A stretch of 64,000 nucleotides of DNA. Origin: Promethearchaeota archaeon (GTDB lineage: Archaea > Asgardarchaeota > Lokiarchaeia > Sigyniarchaeales > SOKP01). Below the pieces are notes generated by a model. That model was not told where the DNA came from. It worked only from the letters and a program-made list of their open reading frames with translations, and ran no database searches. The stretch spans positions 11,282 through 75,281 of the forward strand of contig JBHLLU010000018.1 in NCBI GenBank assembly GCA_048938895.1, given 5' to 3'. The translations under genes were made by a program, and so were the position numbers. Below are positions 21,050 to 31,476 of the stretch, piece by piece (within the stretch, counting starts at the first letter, position 1; each line of letters opens with the position of its first letter).

Positions 21050-22573
21050 ATGGCATTACCCTTACCTGGTACACCAATTATAATTGATATTGGATCTGCT
21101 TATGTGAAGGTCGGATTTGCAGGGGAACCAAGCCCCAGGTTTGTCTTTCCATGTATAACAGGTACTGAGAAATATAAAGCTGTAATGGTTGATGTGAGTG
21201 CAAGGAGCATATACGTTGGTAATGATGTTTCAAGGATGAGGGGTGTGCTTAAGATCAAACATCCCATCGAACGTGGCGCAATTATGGATTGGGATAGCTT
21301 CTACGAAATCCTTAATTATATATTCTACAGTCTGCTTAGAATAGAAAATTTAGCTGAGTATCCCGTATTTTATTGTGAACCCCCTTTCATGAATAAAGAA
21401 ACTAAAGAATACATCGCCAGACTTCTATTTGAAACTCATAGAGTTAGAAGTCTAATTATGATGCCAACACCCTTGCTATCTCTCTTCAGTGTAGGACTGA
21501 CAACAGGATTAGTCGTTGAAAGTGGTGATGGATTAACTTGGGTATGTCCTATTATAAATGGTCAAATGGTTCAACATTCTGTACAAAAACTTTCTTTAGC
21601 AGGAGTCGATGTTAATCACAATTTAAAAAACCTTCTAATGCGAGAAGGAATAAATATAGCCTCCAGTGCCGCAGATGAAATTATTCAAGAAATAAAAGAA
21701 AAAAATTGTTATTTCGTTCTAGATCCAAGAAATCAACCAAGAACGAATGATATGTTTAACGTTCCTATGCCAGATGGTTCAACCATAAATATTCCTAATT
21801 ATATTCTTTCTCAAGCTCCAGAAGTACTTTTTGAACCGAGTATGTTAGGATATAGTACCGTTATGAACATACCCGATGCTATTATTGCCAGCTTAAGAGT
21901 CATAGATAATAATTATTGGCATGAACTATTATCTCATATAGTAATTTCAGGAGGAAACCTCTCTTATAGTGGATTCGAACAAAGATTTGAATCGGAATTA
22001 AATAATGTTCTACCTCAACTTGGTTCAATCCCGAGACCAAAACCAACATTATCAGTAGTAAAGAACGAATTAATTCAACTTCAAGTAGCAGAAATGTCGA
22101 AGAAAAAGCATGATACATGTAGTCATTGTGGAGCGTTTATAGATCTTTCTTCAGGCATTGAACATTGTCCTTCATGTGGAGGTAGATTAGCCTTACCTGA
22201 AATAAAAATAGGGTTAACTTCTCAAAATGGAAAACCAAAACCTAAAAGTGGAATCTGTCCTTTTTGTAAAAAAGAAATTGCTGATATATCATCTCTTTTT
22301 TGTCCGTATTGTGGAAGATCAATAGAAAGTTTAGAGGATTCGGAACTTAAAGAAGCTAAAAAGAAAAAAACACAAGTAGAGGAATTTACTGAATATATGG
22401 AAGCTTCAAGCAAAATTTCAAAATTTTTTGTACCTGACAATCTGCAATTTACAATTTTTAATGGAGCAGCTATACTAGGAAGTTTACCATCGTTTCAGAA
22501 TCTTTTTATTACCTATGAGCAATTTCAATCTAATAGAGATTTATTATATAGAGACATTAGCGAAATCCTTTAA
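21050..22573 (+). CDS. Actin-family protein with inserted zinc-ribbon domains
   Basis: IDIGSAYVKVGFAGE, HPIERG, ESGDG, EIKEK, APEVLF, SGG and GAAILGSL actin motifs; four CxxC pairs inserted. Confidence 0.95.
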   Translation: MALPLPGTPIIIDIGSAYVKVGFAGEPSPRFVFPCITGTEKYKAVMVDVSARSIYVGNDVSRMRGVLKIKHPIERGAIMDWDSFYEILNYIFYSLLRIENLAEYPVFYCEPPFMNKETKEYIARLLFETHRVRSLIMMPTPLLSLFSVGLTTGLVVESGDGLTWVCPIINGQMVQHSVQKLSLAGVDVNHNLKNLLMREGINIASSAADEIIQEIKEKNCYFVLDPRNQPRTNDMFNVPMPDGSTINIPNYILSQAPEVLFEPSMLGYSTVMNIPDAIIASLRVIDNNYWHELLSHIVISGGNLSYSGFEQRFESELNNVLPQLGSIPRPKPTLSVVKNELIQLQVAEMSKKKHDTCSHCGAFIDLSSGIEHCPSCGGRLALPEIKIGLTSQNGKPKPKSGICPFCKKEIADISSLFCPYCGRSIESLEDSELKEAKKKKTQVEEFTEYMEASSKISKFFVPDNLQFTIFNGAAILGSLPSFQNLFITYEQFQSNRDLLYRDISEIL

Positions 22574-22722
22574 AACTAAAATATTTCTATTTTAATTCTA
22601 TAAAATAAATTTGTATCTATTTTTAAGAATATCTTATTTAAATGTTCTATTTATAGATAATTTTTAATTCCAAGGTAAATTTAAACAATTAAAATTTTAT
22701 TCATAAAGCCTAGGTTTTTTAT

Positions 22723-23817
22723 TTGAGGAACAAATTACGCTACTTTACCATAATTTTTCTTGTGTTTATTTTTACATTAAATGTAATTCCAATTGCATTG
22801 GCTAAAACACGAAAAATCTATTTGACTGATTTTCTATATAACAATGAAATTAATGGTGAGGGATTTAAGAATGGGATAGATGGAACAAGTGTTCTAATTG
22901 AAGCAACAGCACAAGCATTAGAAATTTTAGATCAATATAATATGAATCCTCATGATATTGAGGATTTAGAGTCTAAACTAAAATCGGATTTAGAAGAAAT
23001 GTTTGATAATGATGATGTAGTACTTTACGATTTATATTTCTTACTGAAAGCATTAAATATTTTAAAATATTCTATAGACGCACAGTTAATAGGTAGAATC
23101 TATGGATATTTAAACCAAACTGAACAAATTGGAGGAGGTTTTTCATTTTCAAACAAATCTTCATTAGCAAGTCTAAGTTCTACATATTTTATTGTCCAAG
23201 TACATTCCTTTATAGATAAACCTGTACCAAACGCAACAATTCATAGGGATTGGGTACTTTTATGTAATAATAGTGATGGCGGATATGGGGGGAATGAAAG
23301 TCTATCCTCAACTTTACTCAATACATACTACGCAGTTTCAATTTTAAACAATTTAGGTTTTATAACCGACTTAATTGACGAAAACCAAACTCTAACATAT
23401 CTCAACACATTTTATATACAGAATCCATCTGATAAAAACAACTATGGTGGTTATCTCCCTGATATAACAGCAAATTATGCTCTGTTAAGTAGTACATACT
23501 ATTGTATAAAAGCAATTTCAATCATAGATGATACTCAACTCAATAACAATCCAACTACAAGGTGGGTGTTAAGCCGTCAAAATTTTCAAGATGGAGGTTT
23601 TGCTGATATATCTGTGGGAACAGATCAAATGAGTTCTTCTGTAATCTCATCGTATTATGCTTTTAATACTTTAAAGATATTAGATCCTTCCTTATCCAAA
23701 TTAGCTTCAGAAGTTTTTATGGTGGAATTTAATTACTGGGTACTGGTAATTATAATGGCAACAATAGGATTAATTGCGGGATTAGGAGTTGTAATTTGGA
23801 GAAGAAGAAGAATTTAA
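22723..23817 (+). CDS. Secreted, membrane-anchored prenyltransferase/squalene-oxidase-repeat protein
   Basis: Signal peptide; repeats GGGF..STYF, DGGYGG..TYYA, QDGGF..SYYA; C-terminal TM plus RRRRI. Confidence 0.8.
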   Translation: MRNKLRYFTIIFLVFIFTLNVIPIALAKTRKIYLTDFLYNNEINGEGFKNGIDGTSVLIEATAQALEILDQYNMNPHDIEDLESKLKSDLEEMFDNDDVVLYDLYFLLKALNILKYSIDAQLIGRIYGYLNQTEQIGGGFSFSNKSSLASLSSTYFIVQVHSFIDKPVPNATIHRDWVLLCNNSDGGYGGNESLSSTLLNTYYAVSILNNLGFITDLIDENQTLTYLNTFYIQNPSDKNNYGGYLPDITANYALLSSTYYCIKAISIIDDTQLNNNPTTRWVLSRQNFQDGGFADISVGTDQMSSSVISSYYAFNTLKILDPSLSKLASEVFMVEFNYWVLVIIMATIGLIAGLGVVIWRRRRI

Positions 23818-23892
23818 ATATTAAGGCTACTTCAGGATGAAGAAAATTTATTATACCCTTTATTAATCTTGTTTTAAGGATAAACTAAAATC

Positions 23893-24756
23893 ATGACTGA
23901 TAAAATTCTGGATGGAAAAGCTTTAGCAGATAAATTGAATTTAGAGCTTAGGGGAGAAATAACTCTTGCTGAAGAAAAAACGGGAATAAAACCCAAATTA
24001 GTTACTATTATAGTTGGCAAGGATCCTGCTTCAAAAGTATATATAAATATAAAAAAAAGAACCTGTGCTTTAATTGGGATGGATTCTGAAGTATTAGAAC
24101 TTGATGAGGGAATCTCAAAGGATAAACTCTTAGATGAAATACAAAAGTATAATCAGGATCCTAATATCCACGGCATCTTACTCCAAAAACCCATTCCTAA
24201 AGCTTTATTTAATTATTCTTTAGAATTTTTCCAGAAAATTCTCCCACAAAAGGATGTAGATGGCTTGAATCCATATAATAAGGGGAAACTTTTTAATTAT
24301 AACGAAGAATTAGCAGCTTGTACACCCAAAGGCATTATTGCTCTATTGGATCATTATAATATAACATTAAAAGGAAAGGAGGTTGTAATAATTAATCGCT
24401 CTGATCTCGTTGGAAAGCCCTTAATCTTTATGATGCTAAGACGAAATGCTACAGTTACAGTTTGTCATACTTCTACTGTTAACATTGAAAATCATATGAG
24501 AAGAGCAGATATACTAGTTGTCGCAATACGACAACCTAATTTTGTAACCCGTGATAAAATAAAGGAAGGTGTTATAATTATAGATGTAGGGACTAACAGA
24601 GTCAATGGAAAACTATGTGGAGATGTAGATTTTGATGATGTTTACGAGAAGTGTAGTTATATTACTCCATCTCCCGGAGGTATCGGTCCCCTTACGGTTC
24701 ATTTTTTACTCCGCAACAGTTTTACAGCTTATAAAAACCAATTAGGATACATCTAG
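23893..24756 (+). CDS. folD: Methylenetetrahydrofolate dehydrogenase/cyclohydrolase
   Basis: KDVDG, CTPKG, RSDLVGKP, DVG, GDVDF and TPSPGGIGPLT motifs. Confidence 0.97.
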   Translation: MTDKILDGKALADKLNLELRGEITLAEEKTGIKPKLVTIIVGKDPASKVYINIKKRTCALIGMDSEVLELDEGISKDKLLDEIQKYNQDPNIHGILLQKPIPKALFNYSLEFFQKILPQKDVDGLNPYNKGKLFNYNEELAACTPKGIIALLDHYNITLKGKEVVIINRSDLVGKPLIFMMLRRNATVTVCHTSTVNIENHMRRADILVVAIRQPNFVTRDKIKEGVIIIDVGTNRVNGKLCGDVDFDDVYEKCSYITPSPGGIGPLTVHFLLRNSFTAYKNQLGYI

Positions 24757-24921
24757 CTATAATATTTTTAGATATTAACTTTTTATAAATCTAAAAACCA
24801 TTAAGATTATATCTAAATGAATTTTAAAAATAGATAGTAATAAAAACTTTCATTATTACTAATAAACAAACTAGCGAATTTTATTAATTATTTAATAATA
24901 GAAGAACGTTCTTAAGAAATA

Positions 24922-25377
24922 ATGGCAATCTTAGAAGTTGGAATCAATATTGGTATGAAAAATCTAATCGAAATCAAGTACTATTCATCTTCTGATGATG
25001 TATTAGATCCTAATTTACGTGCTGGTTTTCTAACTGCATTAGAAAGCTTTACTAACGAAGTTTTTGGAGATGACATAAACGTTATATCTCTTGCTAGCTT
25101 TAAATTAGTCTGCTATTGCGAAATGATTCAAATACCTGGTGATGAAGCAGAAAATATGCAACCACTATTATCATTTGCCATTATAGAAAAAGGAACGGAA
25201 GTCCCAGTAGTTAAAGAACAACTTAACGAGATTATAACTTATTTCTTAAACCGTTACTCATTAAATGACATTTTTTCTAAAAAACCCAAATATTTCATAG
25301 ATTTTGAATCTCGAATCAATGAAATTTTAGGTGACTTAAAATTAAAAACAGAGGATCGTTTTAGAAGTATTTTTTAA
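24922..25377 (+). CDS. Longin/roadblock-like domain protein
   Basis: DPNLRAGFLTALESFTNEVFG helix typical of Asgard longin-like proteins. Confidence 0.6.
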   Translation: MAILEVGINIGMKNLIEIKYYSSSDDVLDPNLRAGFLTALESFTNEVFGDDINVISLASFKLVCYCEMIQIPGDEAENMQPLLSFAIIEKGTEVPVVKEQLNEIITYFLNRYSLNDIFSKKPKYFIDFESRINEILGDLKLKTEDRFRSIF

Positions 25378-25401
25378 ATAAATAATCATAGGGATTGATT
25401 T

Positions 25402-26598
25402 TTGAGTTCAAATATTGGAGCAGAAGCCAAAGTAAAATACCAAGAATATTTAGATGCAGGATCTTTAGAACAAAAAATTAAATTGTTAGAAGAATTCATC
25501 TCTTTAGTTCCTAAACATAAAGCAACAGAGAAAATCATAGCACTAAATAAATCTCGAGTTTCTAAGATGAAACGCGAACTTGAGGAACGAAAACAAAGAC
25601 AAAAAACCACCCAAAAAGTTATTAGTCCTTTTTCAATAAAAAAAGAGGGGATTCAGATTGTTCTTATAAGTGCTTATTATACTCCAGGTACGGGCAAAAC
25701 CTCCCTTTTAAATTATTTAACTGGTGCTGCTGATGAAAAAATTGGAAAATTTACTGCTTTACCTGAAATAGGAATTTATCGATATCAAAAAATTCGATTT
25801 CAAATTGTAGAGATGCCTTCTATAATGAAAGGTGCAGCGGAAGGTATAGGAAATGGAAAAGAAATACTTTCTCAATTAAGATCATGTGATCTAATTTGTG
25901 TATGTATTGACCTATCAAGATCAGTTGAAGAACAAATGAATTTACTTTTAGAAGAATTAGACAAAGCAGAAATCAGACTCAATGTAACTCCCCCCCCTAT
26001 AAAAGTTCAAAAAACCGGCTCAAACAAGATACAAGTCTTATATCTAACGGGAGATGCTAAAAAAGTAGAAGATATTGAAGAGTTCACTGAAAAAGTAAAA
26101 GAAATTGTATCTGAAAATGGAATTAGAAATGCTATTGTGAAAATTCTAGGACCAATCTCGCTTAATGATCTTGTAGATGCTTTAACACCTTCTGTTGTTT
26201 ATAAGCAAGCTCTCATCATTGCTACGAAGGGTGATCTACCTCATACTGAAGAGCAGTTCGATAAATTAAAGGAAAAATATAGTAAAAATTTTACAAAAAT
26301 AATCGGGATTAGTGTACATACGAAAAATTTCCCTCATGATTTTGGAGAACTAATTTTATCATATCTTAAGAAAATAAGAATATACACAATGAGCACAAAT
26401 GGAAAAATTGCTGAAAAGCCACTTATTATGGATGAAAACTCGACAATAAAAGATGCAGCTATCAAAATACATAAAAGTTTTTTTGAGTCTTTTGATCATG
26501 CTGTAGTTATTAGAGAAGGTGCTCGTCAAAAACGTAAGAGAGTAGGATTAGATTATCATTTAAAAGATAAAGATATCATAGAAATTCATACGTTGTAA
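25402..26598 (+). CDS. DRG/OBG-family GTP-binding protein with TGS domain
   Basis: PKHKATEK, GKTS, GNGKEILS, KKIRIYT, IH and KRVGLDYHLKDKDIIEIH TGS motifs. Confidence 0.92.
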   Translation: MSSNIGAEAKVKYQEYLDAGSLEQKIKLLEEFISLVPKHKATEKIIALNKSRVSKMKRELEERKQRQKTTQKVISPFSIKKEGIQIVLISAYYTPGTGKTSLLNYLTGAADEKIGKFTALPEIGIYRYQKIRFQIVEMPSIMKGAAEGIGNGKEILSQLRSCDLICVCIDLSRSVEEQMNLLLEELDKAEIRLNVTPPPIKVQKTGSNKIQVLYLTGDAKKVEDIEEFTEKVKEIVSENGIRNAIVKILGPISLNDLVDALTPSVVYKQALIIATKGDLPHTEEQFDKLKEKYSKNFTKIIGISVHTKNFPHDFGELILSYLKKIRIYTMSTNGKIAEKPLIMDENSTIKDAAIKIHKSFFESFDHAVVIREGARQKRKRVGLDYHLKDKDIIEIHTL

Positions 26599-26616
26599 AA
26601 TTAAAAATATCGATGA

Positions 26617-29286
26617 TCAATACTTTATCTGATCGATTAAATTAGGAATATTTATTACCTCACTTTTATAATTTGTTCCTAAATCATAAATCCCTTCCAA
26701 AATACTTTTTATACTTTCTAAGCTATATATTAAATTCTCTAAATAGCCAATCAAATCTCCCTTGTGAATGATAATTTTATATTCTTTTTCAAAATAGTCA
26801 CATATCTGTTCTATTGTTAATTTCTGATTTATTCTTAAATCAATTATCATTTTTTCAAGGTTTAATCTTCCACAATCACAATATGGGGAATCTTTACAAG
26901 TGCATCTGAAAATATCCGTTATCCACTTTGATACGAAATCAATAAACTCTTGAGAAAATGTTTTCCTTTTTCGTACATATTCAGCATTCATTAATGACAG
27001 AACACTGCCGCTAAATAAATTATTACTCCGATATCTCATATTAACATTTTTAGATAAATCCGCAACGATTCCCTTAGCTAGATAAACATTTTTAATAGGT
27101 TTAAGATCCAGTGCAACCTCTATTACAGATTTTTCTTTATCTTTTAAGTTTTCTACAATTTCTAAACATTCATCTATGGTTAAAAATGATTTTGCAATAG
27201 CTTGTCCTAAATGGGTTGGTTTGTAGATAAAAGTTTCTTTAATTCTTATTAGTTGCCTTTCTTGTAATTTTTTTAAAAATATATCTAATTCATAATTATT
27301 GTTAATTAAAAAACTAAAAAACTTCTCAATAACCTCTCTTTTTATGCCTTGATTGAACATTGAAATTAAAGCTAATAATTCTGTAAGACTTTTACTTTCA
27401 TTAGGGATCAATTCAAAGTCTTTAATCTTCCCATTTAGTAATCTAATGGCAATTTCCTCTTCAGTCATTTTCATTTTAGGGGAGTAAACTTTTCCTGGTT
27501 CAACAAGAAGATATGCTAATCCCTTTTCATGCTTTTTCAATCTTCCACATCGCCCTAGCATCTGCTCAAATTCAGCAACTGACAACCATTTTATACCCAT
27601 TGCTAATGACTCAAAAATTACTTGGCTCGCTGGAAGGTCTACTCCTGCTGCTAATGCTGCTGTAGCCACTACACCTGCAATCCTTTGAGATCGGAAATTC
27701 TCTTCAATAACTTGTCTTTCTTCATTTGTTAGCCCAGAATGATATGCAGACACATTTATTCCTTTTTCTTGCAGATTTGAAGTAATAGTTTCACACTTTT
27801 TCCTAGTATTTGTAAATACTATCGTCTGTCCTTTAAATCCAAAATGTGATTTTTTAGTATAAGCAGCTTTAACTAATTTTGAAATTTGTTTGTATTTTTG
27901 AGCTTCAGTATTACATAATAGGAGGTGTCGTTCAATGGGAACTGGTCTATTGTTATATCTTATCAATTCACAACCTAACTTATCCGCTAATATCTTTGGT
28001 TCCCCTAATGTTGCACTTAAATAAAGAAATTGGGCTTCTGTGTAAAACAATTTTAATCGAGTAATAAAACCATCTAATAAGTAACCTCTGTCAGAGTCTA
28101 TTAAAGTCTGGATCTCGTCGATAATGATAGTGTTTATATTTCCCAAATAAGATATTTTTCCGCTCCTTAAAATGTAATCTATTGCTTCATAAGTAGCTAT
28201 AATTACATCTGCATTGGTTAAATCCTCAAGAGTTATTTCTTCACTCTTTTCAAATAAAGATTGTCCTACCTTTTTTACAATCTTTAAATCCAAAGACTTA
28301 TATTTTTCTTTAAATTCTTCATTTCTTAAATTTGCTAAAGCAACAATGGGTACAAGGTAAAGCATTTTATTATTTCGATTTTTTAATAATTTAGAGATCC
28401 CCGCTAATTCCCCAATTAATGTTTTACCTCCTGATGTTGGTGCCATTATTAGTTGATTTGAGTAATCTTCTATTAATCCATGTTCAATAGAAATAGCTTG
28501 AATTGGTAACAAAACATTCAGCATTTGCTCTTTTAGAATAATTTTGAAAGCTTGAGGAAGCTCTAAATCTTCAAATTTTTGATTTAAATACCTTTTACTA
28601 ACAGGAGATCTTTTTTCCACATCATAAAGAGTAAGATTCTTATTAACTACTGGATTAAAGTCAACTTGGAATGCATTTATAACTCTTTTTATATCTTTGA
28701 ACTTCAGTATCATATGTGTAAAAAAATTTTTCAATTTTGGATTTATCCGTGATTGATTTATAAACCCTCGAAGCTTTGCTTCCTTTATTATGATGTCATA
28801 CGCACAATCAGAACATATCATTTGACCTTTAAGAGACTTTATTTGAATTTTATCATCTAAAATTGTGAATTTTTGAGTTTTTAGACAAGAATAACAGAAT
28901 GTTAAATTTTTTATTTTATACTCACTTATTTGGAAATTTTTGAGCATATCAATCATTGAAGTGAAATCCTCATTAGACGATTGATTTGAAAAAGCTATAA
29001 ATTTATTATTAACTGATTGTAAAAATTTTTTAAAGAGACGAGGGTCAACTGGTGTAATAGAACTATTTTTTTCAATTTTATTAAACTGTAAGGGACGAAT
29101 CCGATTTTTGAAATCTAAACCTAAAAGTAATGAGCCTTTAAAAAAAGGTTCATTAATATAAGAGAATTTAAAATCTTTCTCTTTATATCTCTTTAAATAG
29201 AAAAAATTGATATTGAAATTCAAATCTTTCTTAGATTTATGTTCTCTATCTATTACAATAAAAAAATTCCGTGAGGGTATGCTCAA
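26617..29286 (-). CDS. Archaeal SF2 DEAD/DEAH-box helicase (Ski2/DUF5814-like)
   Basis: PTSGGKT, DEIQ, SAT, YHSGL, QMLGRCGR motifs; C-terminal CTCKDSPYCDC. Confidence 0.92.
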   Translation of the reverse strand: MSIPSRNFFIVIDREHKSKKDLNFNINFFYLKRYKEKDFKFSYINEPFFKGSLLLGLDFKNRIRPLQFNKIEKNSSITPVDPRLFKKFLQSVNNKFIAFSNQSSNEDFTSMIDMLKNFQISEYKIKNLTFCYSCLKTQKFTILDDKIQIKSLKGQMICSDCAYDIIIKEAKLRGFINQSRINPKLKNFFTHMILKFKDIKRVINAFQVDFNPVVNKNLTLYDVEKRSPVSKRYLNQKFEDLELPQAFKIILKEQMLNVLLPIQAISIEHGLIEDYSNQLIMAPTSGGKTLIGELAGISKLLKNRNNKMLYLVPIVALANLRNEEFKEKYKSLDLKIVKKVGQSLFEKSEEITLEDLTNADVIIATYEAIDYILRSGKISYLGNINTIIIDEIQTLIDSDRGYLLDGFITRLKLFYTEAQFLYLSATLGEPKILADKLGCELIRYNNRPVPIERHLLLCNTEAQKYKQISKLVKAAYTKKSHFGFKGQTIVFTNTRKKCETITSNLQEKGINVSAYHSGLTNEERQVIEENFRSQRIAGVVATAALAAGVDLPASQVIFESLAMGIKWLSVAEFEQMLGRCGRLKKHEKGLAYLLVEPGKVYSPKMKMTEEEIAIRLLNGKIKDFELIPNESKSLTELLALISMFNQGIKREVIEKFFSFLINNNYELDIFLKKLQERQLIRIKETFIYKPTHLGQAIAKSFLTIDECLEIVENLKDKEKSVIEVALDLKPIKNVYLAKGIVADLSKNVNMRYRSNNLFSGSVLSLMNAEYVRKRKTFSQEFIDFVSKWITDIFRCTCKDSPYCDCGRLNLEKMIIDLRINQKLTIEQICDYFEKEYKIIIHKGDLIGYLENLIYSLESIKSILEGIYDLGTNYKSEVINIPNLIDQIKY

Positions 29287-29403
29287 ATATGAAACCTTAT
29301 AAAAAATTCATTTGCATTAAAGATTAATGAAAAAGTACACTTCAATTTTTCGAAATAGAATGAAAAGTGTCTTTAAAATTGCATAGTTTAAAAGAATAGG
29401 TGT

Positions 29404-29565
29404 TTAAAATCCAAAAACGCGTTTTATTTTATCATAGACTTCTTTTATCTGTTTAAGTTTTCCCTCATCCCCTTGATTTAAAAAGTGTTCAATCCATTGT
29501 CCAAACGCGCCACCTTTAATCCATTCTAGAAAGTACTCAACTGATTGACGTTCCTCTGCTGACAT
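29404..29565 (-). CDS. Small hypothetical protein (53 aa; below the ORF-track cutoff)
   Basis: Read manually: MSAEERQSVEYFLEWIKGGAFGQWIEHFLNQGDEGKLKQIKEVYDKIKRVFGF*; coding-like composition in an otherwise AT-rich gap. Confidence 0.65.
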   Translation of the reverse strand: MSAEERQSVEYFLEWIKGGAFGQWIEHFLNQGDEGKLKQIKEVYDKIKRVFGF

Positions 29566-29715
29566 TTTTTATTCGGGTTCTTTCTAATTTAAGTTTTTGA
29601 TACTAATTAACTTTTTATAAATATAATAAATTATACCAATTTATAATTTAATAATTCTAAATCAATTAAATAAAGTTATTGAAAATTTTAATAAAATGTT
29701 ATATGTGATGATAAA

Positions 29716-30672
29716 ATGTCAGTAAGGATCAAAACACCTAATCTTGATGATATCTTCGAAAAATGGAAACAAAAAGCAGCAAGAATAGATCGGAAAAAGA
29801 TGGAAAAACAGTTTGGAACAAAAGGAGCAGTTTTCTCTTTAGATGCTATTAGTGCTGCTGAGTATGTTAAGGATACAATGAAGGAAGCAGCTATTTACTT
29901 TGCTGTTAAAAAATCTCTTGGACCCGCTCCTAAAGGGAAAGAAGAAAATATTGTTACAGCGCCTCGAGTGGGTAGAGAGCAATTCTATTCTTTTAAGGGT
30001 GCTACTAAAATAAATAAGGAAAATTGGAAAGGCAATGAAAAAGTTCCACAATATGAATCTATTCAAGCAGTTCCATGTAAGAATTGTAAAGGCAAAGGAT
30101 ATTTAGAAAATAAATGCAAAACATGTAAAGGGACTGGAAAAATTGAGGAAACTATTACTGTTTTAGTAGGCGAGGAACAAAATAAAGAAAAAAAAATATT
30201 TTCTTATTCTTGTGGTGCATGTTATGGAACTGGAAACAGAACAGAGCCTTGTAAAGAATGTGGAGGACATAAAAGTATGTATAAATATGAGACACTTCCT
30301 GTTCCCTTCAAAACAGTAATAACTGGAGTTCCAATACTTCATAGTAGTGCCCAAACAAAATATGAAAAAGAAATTGGGGATGATCTTCATAGCATGATTG
30401 AAGATGTTGAGGGCATTAGATTTAGTGATTTCAAAGAATTAGAATCTAAAGCAGAAGCTTCATTAGGTTATATGAACAAAAATATAAGTAAAACCATTGG
30501 TGCTGCTAGAAGTGATTATAAAAAACATGAGAAAGACAGTGACGCACAGATCACTACACAAATTTATTTGTTCCCAATGATACAGATGTTTTGCGAAACT
30601 AAAAAAGGCCAAAAATTTGAATTATATAGTTTGGGCTCAGGAAATAAATTTATGACTTATTCTAATTTCTAA
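29716..30672 (+). CDS. DnaJ-type zinc-finger protein without J domain (SSUH2-like)
   Basis: CKNCKGKG, CKTCKGTG, CGACYGTG and CKECGG repeats; no HPD motif. Confidence 0.75.
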   Translation: MSVRIKTPNLDDIFEKWKQKAARIDRKKMEKQFGTKGAVFSLDAISAAEYVKDTMKEAAIYFAVKKSLGPAPKGKEENIVTAPRVGREQFYSFKGATKINKENWKGNEKVPQYESIQAVPCKNCKGKGYLENKCKTCKGTGKIEETITVLVGEEQNKEKKIFSYSCGACYGTGNRTEPCKECGGHKSMYKYETLPVPFKTVITGVPILHSSAQTKYEKEIGDDLHSMIEDVEGIRFSDFKELESKAEASLGYMNKNISKTIGAARSDYKKHEKDSDAQITTQIYLFPMIQMFCETKKGQKFELYSLGSGNKFMTYSNF

Positions 30673-30689
30673 ACATTTTTTCCTCTTTA

Positions 30690-31289
30690 TTAGAAAAAGA
30701 TTTTATCAAAGACTTGAGGCAAATTTTCAATTATTTGTTTTCTTGTAGCAGCTATTAAAGTAATAGCGATAATTCCTCCTAACCCAAATTGGATGATTCC
30801 ATTCAATATTAACTCGTATACAGCAGCAACTACTCCGTAGATGAAGATTTCATATAGGAAATATCCATATGCCATTAAAAAACCTCCAGCTATTACACCT
30901 AAAATGTCTCTGTAATTAATTTTTTCAAAATTTTTTTTAGGATCAGCAATTAAACCTACTAAAAATCCTTCTAGACCTTTAATTACTAAAGTTCCAGGAG
31001 CATAAATAGGGTAGGCTAATAGGATATCGGCAAGACAAGATCCGATTCCTCCAGATAACCCTCCTATCAATGGACCAAACATCAATCCACAAATCATGAC
31101 TCCAGCATCACCGATGTTGATGTAACCTTGAGTTGCAGGAATTGGAATTGAAATTACTATAGTTAATACACAAATCAATCCTGAAAACACACCAGTTATT
31201 GAAAGAGATATGATTATTCTTGGTGTAAGACGTTTTCCATGACTACCACTTCTTAATGAGTTATTACTTTCTACTATTATTATCGCCAT
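30690..31289 (-). CDS. ECF transporter S component
   Basis: IPIPATQGYINIGD, GGIGSCLAD and TLVIKGLEG motifs. Confidence 0.92.
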   Translation of the reverse strand: MAIIIVESNNSLRSGSHGKRLTPRIIISLSITGVFSGLICVLTIVISIPIPATQGYINIGDAGVMICGLMFGPLIGGLSGGIGSCLADILLAYPIYAPGTLVIKGLEGFLVGLIADPKKNFEKINYRDILGVIAGGFLMAYGYFLYEIFIYGVVAAVYELILNGIIQFGLGGIIAITLIAATRKQIIENLPQVFDKIFF

Positions 31290-31476
31290 TGTATTTGTTA
31301 TCTAATTTCTTGAATCTTTTAGTCTATATAAAATTAATTTACGCAATAAGGATATAAATAGATGAAGAATATCATTTGATTTTTTTTTCTATAAATAAAA
31401 TTTAAATGGAATAATCTATATTTATTAACTGATTTACGATGGATCGTAAATTTAAGAAAAACTAATGTGATTTAAA

